Assembly: GCA_035084275.1 (NCBI GenBank)
Contig: CM068759.1
Span: 3,596,001 to 3,660,000, forward strand
Source of the DNA: Hydrolagus colliei
Lineage: Eukaryota
DNA length: 64,000 nt
Direction of reading: 5' to 3'
Both the position numbers and the translations under genes were made by a program. The notes beneath the pieces were generated by a model, which was not told the origin of the DNA, did not search any database, and worked only from the letters and a program-made list of their open reading frames with translations. Position 1 is the stretch's first letter; each line of letters starts with the position of its first letter. Shown piece by piece: positions 53,090-62,350 of the stretch.

Positions 53090-53575
53090 AACTTACTCAA
53101 ACAACCTAAAAAATTGCACACTATTGATGCATTATTAGCATTAGCATTAAGAGAAAGTAGTTATAGATATAAAGTATCACTATCCATTAACCAAACTTCT
53201 CAACTGGCGAAGGTCACAAGATTTCACCTCGGAAATTGAAGGTGAAAGAATTGTTATATTACTCGCGATTCAGTGACGGGATTCTTAATTTTTAAAATTA
53301 TATATTCTAAAACTTGCATTGCTCTGAGGCTATTAAACAGTTGGACCAGTAGATATGTTTCGAATGATTACATTATTAGTTTCATTGAATATTAGTGTCG
53401 CCCTGCACTTGTACAGCCAGCCATAATCTATTACGTGTTCACAGTGTTTTTTGTCAAAGAAAATCAACCCATAAAACGACAAAACAACAGAATTCAAAAA
53501 TCAAAAGCTCAGGATTTAGATATCGGGTTATTGAATTCATTGTTATTGTATCTGACAAATTGGAACGCGGAACTC

Positions 53576-53581
53576 TTTATT
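53576..53581 (-). terminator. Candidate poly(A) signal of the cadherin gene
   Basis: AATAAA about 190 nt after the stop, with a U/GU-rich tract further downstream. A second AATAAA (53769-53774) overlaps the stop codon. Confidence 0.35.
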
Positions 53582-53769
53582 AGCTGCCCATACAGGAGCC
53601 AGCTTGACCCTCCCCACGGCTGTCTTGGATTCACAAACACTGATTTTTACCCTGTTCTTAAAAGGAAATAAATGAGCATGAATTCCTATGAGAGTAACAA
53701 CACAATTTGCCTTCTCCCAAATAAGAGTGACGAAAACGTACCCAAATCACAGAGACGAGTTGTATTTCT

Positions 53770-54033
53770 TTATTGATAAACATTGAAAACACGGTCGCTC
53801 CTTCCGAAATACACATTCCTGGAAGCCCATTGTGAATCCCAAGATGTGGATCCTTCAACAAAGCACCTGCATTGTCTTGTTAATCTTGGTGCTAAATCAC
53901 CACGGAAATCAAGTCCACAGCTCCCCCTAGTAATACTGATAGGTGCCTGCAATCCTTCTCTGCTGGATGTTTCGGAGGAGTAGATTTGAACATTATCATT
54001 AACTAGCCTTCCATCAAATTGAAAATGTGCTTT
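53770..54033 (-). CDS. cdh26: Terminal exon with degenerate catenin-binding domain (KAHFQFDGRLVNDNVQIYSSETSSREG...LDFRGDLAPRL...VYQ*)
   Basis: Acceptor caccttttcag, phase 0, 87 codons plus TAA. DNVQIYSSE aligns with classical DSLLVFDYE; DFRGDLAPRL aligns with DYLNDWGPRF. Confidence 0.75.
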   Translation of the reverse strand, partial: KAHFQFDGRLVNDNVQIYSSETSSREGLQAPISITRGSCGLDFRGDLAPRLTRQCRCFVEGSTSWDSQWASRNVYFGRSDRVFNVYQ

Positions 54034-54380
54034 CTGAAAAGGTGACTTGGAACGAATGATCAGAAGTTAGTACATTGCATTGTATCCAGCGAACAAAATT
54101 GATCTGATAATTTCACTATATCTGATTGTTCATAAAGTCATCGAAAATTATAGCATAATAAGAGGCCAGTTTTGCTGGGTCTCCAAAAGTGTGATTGATT
54201 TAAATCCCGTTCGCCTTCTCGTTCCCCAGCAGTACAGCGACAATGCTGGCATAAAATGTAAGCCTCTCCCCTTACTGAGATATGGTAATCAGTCCTATTG
54301 AATTGAAATCAAACTCTAGTCTCCAAAGTTGAAATGGGGAGCAATGGACTGAAGATTGTCTGAATCATGGTTTAACATAC

Positions 54381-54448
54381 TGACCCGCTATTCTACCTCC
54401 GAAAGCTTTCTCTTTCCCTCTGCAGTTGGATACTGAAGAGGGATGGAT
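54381..54448 (-). CDS. cdh26: Putative third small cytoplasmic exon (IHPSSVSNCRGKEKAFGGRIAG), 68 nt
   Basis: Acceptor ttcacag, donor GTATGT (alternative GTCAGT 4 nt earlier). Shares the I.P..VS.C...E pattern with exon 54922-54987. Length is not a multiple of 3. Confidence 0.45.
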
Positions 54449-54921
54449 CTGTGAATGCTTCCAAAGATAACACGAAAACAGTCAGACAAATCGCTGCAAA
54501 TGGGCAAACTAAAAAATTACCACCGATGCAGTTAGGTTTGCAGAGAAATTGAGTTTTAAACGGAGGTAAGGGAAGCAATTTTACTGAGCAGAAGAATTAC
54601 TCTCTGTGCTGCACACCTCCACTCTGACATGGCTATTTATTTGAGGAAGAAGGCTCAGGAGAATCTAATACATGCAACAAAATGAAATCATTTCAAGAGG
54701 AAGACATAACTGTATTTTGGTGACAATTTTTAGTGTGCACATTTACAGCGACCTGTCATTTGAAGACAATTGCTACCTATTTTCATGTTATCTTTGGACA
54801 CAATTACTAATCCATCCCTCTTCAGTGAGAGGATGCAAAAACTAGAATCACCAGAGTTTCAATCTATTGCAACATGACTTAGTCCTGCAGTCATTGAAAT
54901 GCACTGATATTCTTCACTTAC

Positions 54922-54987
54922 TGAGTTGTCGGCTCTACTTCTGTAAGATTCCATCTTCGAACATTCAGAAACTTGGCATGGGGTTAT
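54922..54987 (-). CDS. cdh26: Cadherin cytoplasmic 66-nt exon 2 (ITPCQVSECSKMESYRSRADNS)
   Basis: Acceptor ctccag, donor GTAAGT; phase 0/0, the only open frame. Confidence 0.7.
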
Positions 54988-55024
54988 CTGGAGTTCAGAA
55001 AGATGAAATCGGTGCATTTTGAGA

Positions 55025-55305
55025 GCAACAACAACTTGCACTTGTACAGCGCCCTCCACGCAGGGTAGCGCCTCAAAGCACTTAACAGTTGAAGAGAAAC
55101 GTCTTTAAGCAGGACTTGAAAAAGGGGGAGAGAGGAGGCAAGGCAGAGGTAGTTGAGCAAGAGTGTTCCAGAGTTTCAGGGTGCAATGGCTGAAAGAGTG
55201 ACCCCTGTGATAGTGGGATAGTGGGTATGAGGGACGAGCACGAGGCCAGTTGAGTGGAGTAGCGGTGCGGTGGATTGGAGAAGGAGAAGATTGGAGAGAT
55301 GGGGA
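55025..55305 (-). mobile_element. Older L2 LINE 3' end (second family), in a cadherin intron
   Basis: (GTT)n tail; remnant GHSFSHCTLKLWNTL corresponds to the L2 ORF2 motif GRAFS.AP.LWN.L. Confidence 0.7.
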
Positions 55306-55440
55306 GAGTGAAGGGATTTCAACAACAAGAAGAAGAACAAATTGCATTCATGTCGGGAGTGCGTCCAGGATCAGCATTCGACTCGGGTCTAATAATACGA
55401 TTGAACACAAGAGAAAATATAACGGTGTCATTTAACTCAC

Positions 55441-55506
55441 TGTCGTTTCGACTCCACTTCTGTAAGATCCCTGTATTACATATCTCGGCGGGTCCGTCAG
55501 ACATTT
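55441..55506 (-). CDS. cdh26: Cadherin cytoplasmic 66-nt exon 1 (KCLTDPPRYVIQGSYRSGVETT)
   Basis: Acceptor actttag, donor GTGAGT; phase 0/0, open frame. The 3' half is similar to the next exon. Confidence 0.7.
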
Positions 55507-55667
55507 CTAAAGTTTGTTTCAAAGAAAGAAAGAAACAAATCAATTATAAATTGAAACTATAGTGCATCTTGAACTAGGAATGAGAGTTAGTGTAAAACAG
55601 TAATAATCTCTTTTCCCCACCTCCGATCACCACAAATCATTTCTGGATTTTGAACTAAAAGACCCAC

Positions 55668-55774
55668 CTGTTCAGGTTGACATTCACTGTTGTATTTTTT
55701 CAAGCTGGATATACCTTCGTTTTCAAAAGTTACAAATTTAATTTTGCCGCTGGTACAAGATGAAAGGAGGATAA
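55668..55774 (-). CDS. cdh26: Cadherin-26-like exon, TM end and juxtamembrane (LILLSSCTSGKIKFVTFENEGISSLKKYNSECQPEQ)
   Basis: Acceptor ttttgacccgcag, donor CAG|GTGGGT; 107 nt, phase 1/0. Completes the TM helix; NEG..L..YN.E resembles the CDH26 juxtamembrane motif as I recall it. Absent from the ORF track. Confidence 0.85.
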
Positions 55775-55824
55775 CTGCGGGTCAAAACAGTAAAGCAAAG
55801 CATGTTAAAATCATATTTCTATTG

Positions 55825-56180
55825 GATAACAATAATCCTTGCATTTGATATAGCGCCTTACCATATCGTTAAGACATCTCGGATGCTGCAAAGTGTATTG
55901 CGTGTATTTTGTGGCAGAAACACGGCAACCATTTGCGCACAACAGTGTCCCACAATGATTGTTCAAAGCACAGTCAAGGGGATGAATCTTATATTGAAAT
56001 TTATTTCTGTTCACAATATATGTGTTTTTTTTGCTGTGCACAATGGCTACCACATTTCACCCACAAGATACATGGTCACTACACTTTGCGGTATATTTTG
56101 TGAAGTTCTTCCAGGTGTTTTGAAGACCCGATAAGTGCTATATCTTATATATAAGATGCGAGGATTATTATTATTAATAA
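55825..56180. mobile_element. Head-to-head inverted pair of SINE 3' halves in a cadherin intron
   Basis: Minus copy at about 55825-55960 and plus copy at about 56030-56180. Confidence 0.75.
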
Positions 56181-56949
56181 TACCTGAAATTAATTGACTA
56201 GCAATCATTCTAATTAATTTGCTTACATTCTCTGCTGACTTGTTTTGAAGGTAAAAAGATAATAAAATGTATTCACAAAGCATCTCACTGTTAACTGAGA
56301 CCAAATATACCTACTGTGTTCCGGGATGGTGCTGATCTGACCTCTTAAGAGCCATAAAATTTAAATTGAATAAAATGGGTTTCTTGTTAATTTTAATTTC
56401 AATTGAGAATTGTGTTAGTGATTCAATTGGGATCAGCTCTGGTGATGTTGTTTTCCTCACAAAAAAAGAACAAACCTTCATTCACAGTTGCAAAGTCATT
56501 CCCATAAACTACCAAAGCTATTAATTACCTTAATATTCCAAATATTCCCACCATTCAGCTGCGGTGCATGTCCCAGTGATTTATAATCACTTATTGAAAA
56601 TATACTTTCCAGCTTGCTTTGTTGCCTTTGAGCTACTGTTCTTAGTAGTAAATTACCAGAACTGCTCTCTAAATAACCAATAAGCACTTCTCGCTTAGGA
56701 ACATAAATCTTTCTGACAAGATCTGCCACCCGGCGCTGGTGTCGTAATGAATAGAAGATGAGTACGGTTTTCACTAAGGCTTAAGATGCGGTTAATGGAG
56801 TGATAGGGTCAGGATTGGAATTTGATTTGGTCACAGCACCTTTCTTGAAACTATTCTAAATTCAGGGATGTCTCTTGCAGACACTTCTTGTATTACTCAA
56901 CAAAACACCTAAGCATGTAAACTGATTTGCCATCTGTTTCTGTCCTGTG

Positions 56950-57115
56950 GTATACAGAGATTGGAAGCCAGGAACAAAAAGGAGGCTATTCAGCCCACAA
57001 AATCTGTACCGACCACTTTGTTGATCTTTTAACCCCAATGGCCCCACTTTTGGCAATGCCCTTATTACCTCTACTGGTCAAGTTTCCACCTATCTCTCTT
57101 TTAAACCTCCCTGTG
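56950..57115 (-). mobile_element. Degraded CR1 3' end
   Basis: aaaaggaggctattcagccca...tctgtaccg, homologous to 47845-47885. Confidence 0.65.
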
Positions 57116-57654
57116 TTGATGAGACTCGGATCTGTTCTGTGAGACACACAAAATAGTTTCTCAGTTTTATTGTACATGGAAAAGAGTCAAACTAGCACAA
57201 CTTGAGTGTTTAGGTAAGAACAACCAAATTAAATTTATAAACCTTTTCTATCCAACAGAAGTGCCGTGATATGATCTACTCTCATATCGTCAACAACAGC
57301 AACTTGCATTTATATAGTGCAGTGTTTCAGAGCACTTAAGTCTTTGATTCCTTCACACCCTTTACATTCTCTAAAATTTAATCTGAATTTTTTTAAAGAA
57401 AATTAACTCCCCTCTCAAAGCACTACAAATTTGTCTCTTTTGCCCCCAAAACATTTACCATGCTAACTTCAAAGCCTCACAGGCAGCAAAATACTTTTGA
57501 TTGCTGATTCCAATACATCTGTATGAATATTAGTTTGTAATTCACTTCTCTTTCACAATGGAAATGCTATCAATCCCAGATAATATATTTTTACAATGTC
57601 AAAGATTCCCAAACGATGAAATCTAAACCATGAGCGAGATGATTTTCATTATTA

Positions 57655-57730
57655 AATAATAATAATCCTTATATTTGATTCAACGCTTCTCGCGTTGGGA
57701 GGAAGTCTCAAAGCGCTTAACAGGATTCAC
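57655..57730 (-). mobile_element. SINE/L2-type tail fragment
   Basis: aataataataatccttatatttgat...gtctcaaagcgctt. Confidence 0.7.
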
Positions 57731-57767
57731 TTGAAAGTGGAGAGAACTGTGTACTGTATTTTGTAAG

Positions 57768-58310
57768 CAACAACAACAACAACAACAATTTACATTTATA
57801 GAGTGCCTTTCACATCGGGAGGACGTCCCAAGGCACTGAACAGGAGGCGTGTGACCCGAGCTGGGAGGGGAGTGTTTGGGAAGGGGTGAAACACGAAGGG
57901 GAGGTAAAAGAGTTCGGGGTGGAACAAAAGGCACGATCGAAGAGGAAAGTCTTCAAACCGGCCTTGAAAGAGGAAAGGGAAGAAACGAGACGGAGGGATT
58001 GAGGGATGGCATTCCATAAGGTGGGAGCGGAGAAACTGAAGGCCCGGCCTCCGATGATGGGGCGGTTCGGGCGGGGGGCTTGGAGTAGGCCAAGTCCTGC
58101 TGAACGGAGGGTCCGGGTGGGCGTGTAGGGGGAGAGTAGATCGGTTAAGTAGGATGGGGCAAGGCCGTGTAAGGCCTTGTAGGTGAGGACGAGGATCTTA
58201 AACTCGATCCTCTGGAGGATGGGGAGCCAGTGGAGACGGGCGAGGGTGGGGGTTATGTGGTCGCGGAGGCGGGTGCGGGATAGTACACGGGCTGCAGAGT
58301 TTTGGATGGC
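57768..58310 (-). mobile_element. 5'-truncated young L2-clade LINE with (GTT)n tail
   Basis: Hand translation is uninterrupted: IQNSAARVL...HITPTLARLHWLPILQRIEFKILVLTYKALHGLAPSYL...GGRAFSFSAPTLWNAIP...FKAGLKTFLF. CpGs are retained. Confidence 0.95.
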
Positions 58311-58445
58311 AAGCTGAATTGAGAATGAATTGGCAGATGGGGTGCAAGTATAATGACCAAGACTACTTTCCCTGCACCACGCAAGCAGTGTTCAAAGCTC
58401 GAGTGTCGTGTCAGCTTTTCTCTTTTACCTGATTTGGATACTTAC

Positions 58446-58664
58446 GTAACAATGACAGTAGACTGGCAAAGATGATAGCGACGGCAACAATTCCCAGCGT
58501 GGATGAAGGTGCTTCGATACTGCAAGTGTGCCCATCAGAGCAATGGCAAATTTTTAAATTCAAAACGTCGTCATTATATACATTCTGCTTGTCGTGGATT
58601 CTTAATGCGAGGGAATAGGTTCCAACTGGAAAATCCTGCAATTTTACTAGCTGGATAGCATTAC
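58446..58664 (-). CDS. cdh26: Cadherin-26-like exon, EC5 with CxC..C and start of transmembrane helix
   Basis: Acceptor caacag, donor GTAAGT; 219 nt, phase 1/1. ICHCSDGHTC followed by hydrophobic GIVAVAIIFASLLSLL. Confidence 0.9.
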
Positions 58665-59079
58665 CTGTTGATAATAAATAATGATGTTAAATTTTTATAA
58701 CCTGCGTGGAACCTGCAGGTCACTCACAAAAAGATCGATCCGATCAACTCGCTGCAATAAACTTTCCTAACCTGTCGTAAAGATTACTTTGATCGGATAA
58801 ACATACAATGTTGATATTCACAGCCATGTCAGTGTTTTATTGCGTTTCATTGCTTACAAAGAAATTTGTGTCAGTTCATACTCCGCCGCAGGGTCATAAA
58901 TTTAATCGAAACTTCTAGAAGTGAATACGAAGTGAAACGAGATAACATCCTTGAAAACAATTGTCCTATCCATTTCTATTCACGATATAAATCCACTAAC
59001 AGTGAGAGCGACATCGAAAAGATTGTAAAGGATTGACAAAATGTAAGTGACAGTTCAATCTACTCCTCAGAATTCATAC

Positions 59080-59307
59080 CATAATGGGCGCCAAACTCCC
59101 ACTTGTCTTTGATGCTATTTTCATTCTCCAGAAACTCAAATGTAAATGGAGCAGAGAAGGGATAATTGTCCTTATCTACTGCTGTGACGGTTACATGCGA
59201 ATGAATGCTACACATGTACAATGTGGTGAAGTTCAGGAAAGGTGCGTTGTCATTGATGTCTTTGAGGATTATAACCAAAGTTCCTGTTCCTGTCAAAGGA
59301 GGTGTAC
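59080..59307 (-). CDS. cdh26: Cadherin-26-like exon, EC4/EC5 (GTPPLTGTGTLVIILKDINDNAP...DKWEFGAHY)
   Basis: Acceptor ccccag, donor GTATGA; 228 nt, phase 1/1. PPLTGTGTL and DINDNAP motifs. Confidence 0.92.
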
Positions 59308-59317
59308 CTGGGGAGGA

Positions 59318-59390
59318 AATAATAATAGTAATAACTATTGCATTTGATAAAACACTTTTATCACATCATGTAGACATCCCAAAGAGTTTC
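59318..59390 (-). mobile_element. SINE tail abutting a cadherin splice acceptor
   Basis: aataataatagtaataactattgcatttgataaaacacttttatcacatc...gacatcccaaag. Confidence 0.65.
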
Positions 59391-59960
59391 TGTTAAGCGT
59401 TTTCTATTTTTTTTTCCCCCGAACTGAATTGTTGAACAGGTGATTTAAATGTGGTGCAAAAGCCTTGCAAATTGACTAGCTTTACTTGCAATATATTATA
59501 TCTCATAGTCCAAATATAAAACAGCTTCAGGAAATTGTATGTGTTTATCACGAGGTAACTCTGTTAGGATCTTGATATTGCTGCTTGAATGATACAGTAC
59601 TGTTTAATTGGATATTTGGAATATGCACCATGTTTAACCCTTGAAGTGTTCGGTCTTGAGGCAACTCTGATAAATAGGCTCTCGTTCACTGCCCCTGTTG
59701 CTTTAGGCACACATATCATGTAAGATTTTTCATCTTTTTGATTTTGGCTGCAAAACGGTTCTGACACAGTCATTTAGCACGGGATAATCAACTCGTAGGA
59801 AAGGGAGGCATCTCAGTTCCACCAGCAGGGTAAGGGGTCAATAAACACACTAACTTTGAATTCTTACCAAATAGTTTACAAATTAAAATGGAAAATTTTA
59901 AGTGAAAGTCATTTCTGTCACTTTTTTTAAAAAAAAGTAGAGAGAAATGTTAGCGCTTAC

Positions 59961-60103
59961 CGTTATCAATCGCCAATATGGTGACATTGTAGGAATTGTT
60001 CTTGACGTAGAATGATTCTCGATCCAGCACTTTCTTAGTTTTCATAACTCCAGTTTCTGATTCCACATCAACCCAGTCATCCGGATCAAATCCCTTCTTG
60101 TAT
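59961..60103 (-). CDS. cdh26: Cadherin-26-like exon, EC4 (RYKKGFDPDDWVDVESETGVMKTKKVLDRESFYVKNNSYNVTILAIDN)
   Basis: Acceptor ctcaag, donor GTAAGC; 143 nt, phase 2/1, matching both neighbours. DPxxW, LDRE and AxDxG motifs. Confidence 0.92.
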
Positions 60104-60329
60104 CTTGAGATGAAATTAAAATAATGCCATTTGCTTAATGTTTGGTTTTTCAACCAAACAAAAAGCTATTCCACATTGTTGTGGGCTGAAGCAGCTATTC
60201 ATTATGCTTCCTACTGTTTAAAGAGCTCAACCACTGGACAGGCCATTTGGGTGCGCAAAAAATTAAAATGAATGATACAGTGTTCAGTTGATATGTTTAA
60301 CAACTGGGGTAAGAGTTACAGTGAGCTCC

Positions 60330-60585
60330 CGATTGCCAACCATTGTTGGTCGATTGGAGGATTGCTTTTCTGGGAGTAATAATCCCTTAAAAAATATATA
60401 TAAAAACCAATAATAATTTGGTCACTCCATCCATGACTGTTTGTGTCACACTGCTGTGTGCAATTGGCTGCTGCATTTCACCCAAGTCAATCCATTCTAC
60501 AGCGTATTCTGTGAAGTGCTTTGAGACGTCTCGTACGGGTGATAAAGCACTGTATCAAATGCAAGATTTATTAGTGTTATTATGA
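60330..60585 (+). mobile_element. SINE body and tail, longer subfamily
   Basis: cttttctgggagtaataatccc is shared with 27866-28245; Deu core and tail follow. Confidence 0.8.
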
Positions 60586-61119
60586 TATTTTTGAATGCCT
60601 TTAAGAAGTGCGACAATTTGGGCTTCCAAAACATAAGAGCGATTTCCTGCAAAAAAAAAATCCTTTCATTTGTTTTATACTGATACGATTCTTAACCCAG
60701 TTTCTGGTCTTGAAAATGACATTGCTTGGCAGAACACCTTACTGTAAGATAAAATATCAAATCTGATCAAGTGACCGATTGCAAATTGTATTCGAGTCAG
60801 CTCCCCCGATGCAAAAATAGACTTGGCTGATAACTGCCATTGACAAAGAGTCCTTTGTTAGCCAACAATAAGTAAGGAAATGTTTCCCCGAAGTCACAAG
60901 AACATTTGGGAAGATCATTTACAATGTAGGAAGTGGATTTTGCATAAAATCTACATTTGTTTCTATGTTGACTAGTTTGAATCAAGAGAACAAATGGGGA
61001 AACGGAACTCCGCTGCTCTCATTTGACATGTCTAATATATCAGTGGCTGTAGTCACATGAGCAATGATAAGTATTATTTACAGAAGAAAACATGTGAAAT
61101 GTAAGATAGTTAGTAGATA

Positions 61120-61345
61120 ATCTAACGGGGGATTTAGCAGGAACGTGCACTCACAGAGGATGGTGAGAAAATTAAACTCTCGGCCCAAAGCTGTGGATGA
61201 AGAGCAAATATATTGCATATATGAGGGAAAAGGAAATAAGAGGAGTATGGAAGAGGGAAATAGGAAGGGTGGGGCTTGTATGGAGTATAAATACTGGATC
61301 AGACAAGTTGGGCCAAATTGCCTGTTTCAATTTCGTATCAGGAAA
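61120..61345 (+). mobile_element. Degraded CR1 3' end
   Basis: cactcacagaggatggtgagaa...aaagctgtggatg...ttgggccaaattgcctgtttc. Confidence 0.6.
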
Positions 61346-61581
61346 TGGATTGTTCGCAACACTTTTACGTTTCATTTAATGGGCTTTTGGTGGCCGAGAG
61401 CTCAGTGCACTGACTGACGTATTTTAAAGGGGTGAAAAATGAGGAATAATATAACATTATCACTGGTTCTAGCTATCGTATCTCATACTGCGTTTCACAA
61501 CCCATTTCCTGATCACTGACTCAAAGGAAGTGGGGGAGTGGGGCGGGAGGAAGAGTAACATGCAACACATCTGAGGTTTAC

Positions 61582-61850
61582 CTGAAATTACTCTTATATA
61601 CTTTATCAATATCGACGGCCGTGAATTTATTCAGATAATATCCGGGTTCCAAGCCTTCTTCCAAGTGTTTTATTAGTATCGGAGGTTGGAACACTGGTGG
61701 GTCATTCACATCAATCAGCTTTATGAGCCCGGTAATGCGGTTTTTCTTCCTCAAATTCAGTGTTGACGGACAAGTAAAGAGCGGCTCCTCATTTTCCACT
61801 GAAATCTCCAGATTGAATTCAGGGTTTATGTGTGCTTCAAAATCATGAGG
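61582..61850 (-). CDS. cdh26: Cadherin-26-like exon, EC3/EC4 (PHDFEAH...DVNDPPVF...DIDKVYKSNF)
   Basis: Acceptor ttgcag, donor GTAAAC; 269 nt, phase 0/2. VENEEPL, DVNDPP and AVDxD motifs. Confidence 0.92.
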
Positions 61851-62149
61851 CTGCAAACGTTGGGAAACGAGTTAATACTGTACCAGCATCCAATTTTTCA
61901 GATTATGGTACAAATTCTCAATGAATAAGCAAACTAGAATTCTTTGCCAAAATGCTAGATAAATATAAATAGATTCAAAAAAAAATTCTGTTCACTCGGA
62001 ATCTGGTTGCAAGACAAATGCACTACACCATCCGTGCTTTGCAACAAAGCTGTCTCCTTTGCAAGAAGCTTTGGCGCTTAGAACGATAAAATTCCTTGCA
62101 GTTACTGCAAACGTTTTCACTTCGGAAGACATAACAAAGGGTTCACTGG

Positions 62150-62350
62150 GTTTACTGTAAAGAGCAGTGTCTGTGTATTTTGCAGGCAAATGAGGCAGCC
62201 AATTTGCACACCAACAGGCAAGACTGATTGTATATGAGAGATTGTTGACCAGGACACCGAGAGAAACCTCTCTTTTTGATTAGTGCCACGGGATTGTAAG
62301 TCTACCCGAACAAGCAACTAAGACCTCAGCATAGCGTCTCCACAATAGTG
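62150..62350 (-). mobile_element. SacSINE1-like Deu SINE fragment
   Basis: ggcagccaatttgcacac...caggacaccgagagaaac...tagtgccacgggat. Confidence 0.65.

Noticed and set aside
400-53700. Remaining 60-140 aa ORFs in the track
   Set aside because: No recognisable domains; many use non-ATG starts or overlap SINEs; lengths are in the range expected by chance.
54034-54121. U12-type AT-AC intron
   Set aside because: The 5' end is ATATAG rather than ATATCC and the 3' end is AG; treated as a mutated donor instead.
56496-56774. Minus-strand ORF as the post-TM cadherin exon
   Set aside because: It puts Lys into the TM helix and lacks the juxtamembrane motif; 55668-55774 fits phase and motif much better.
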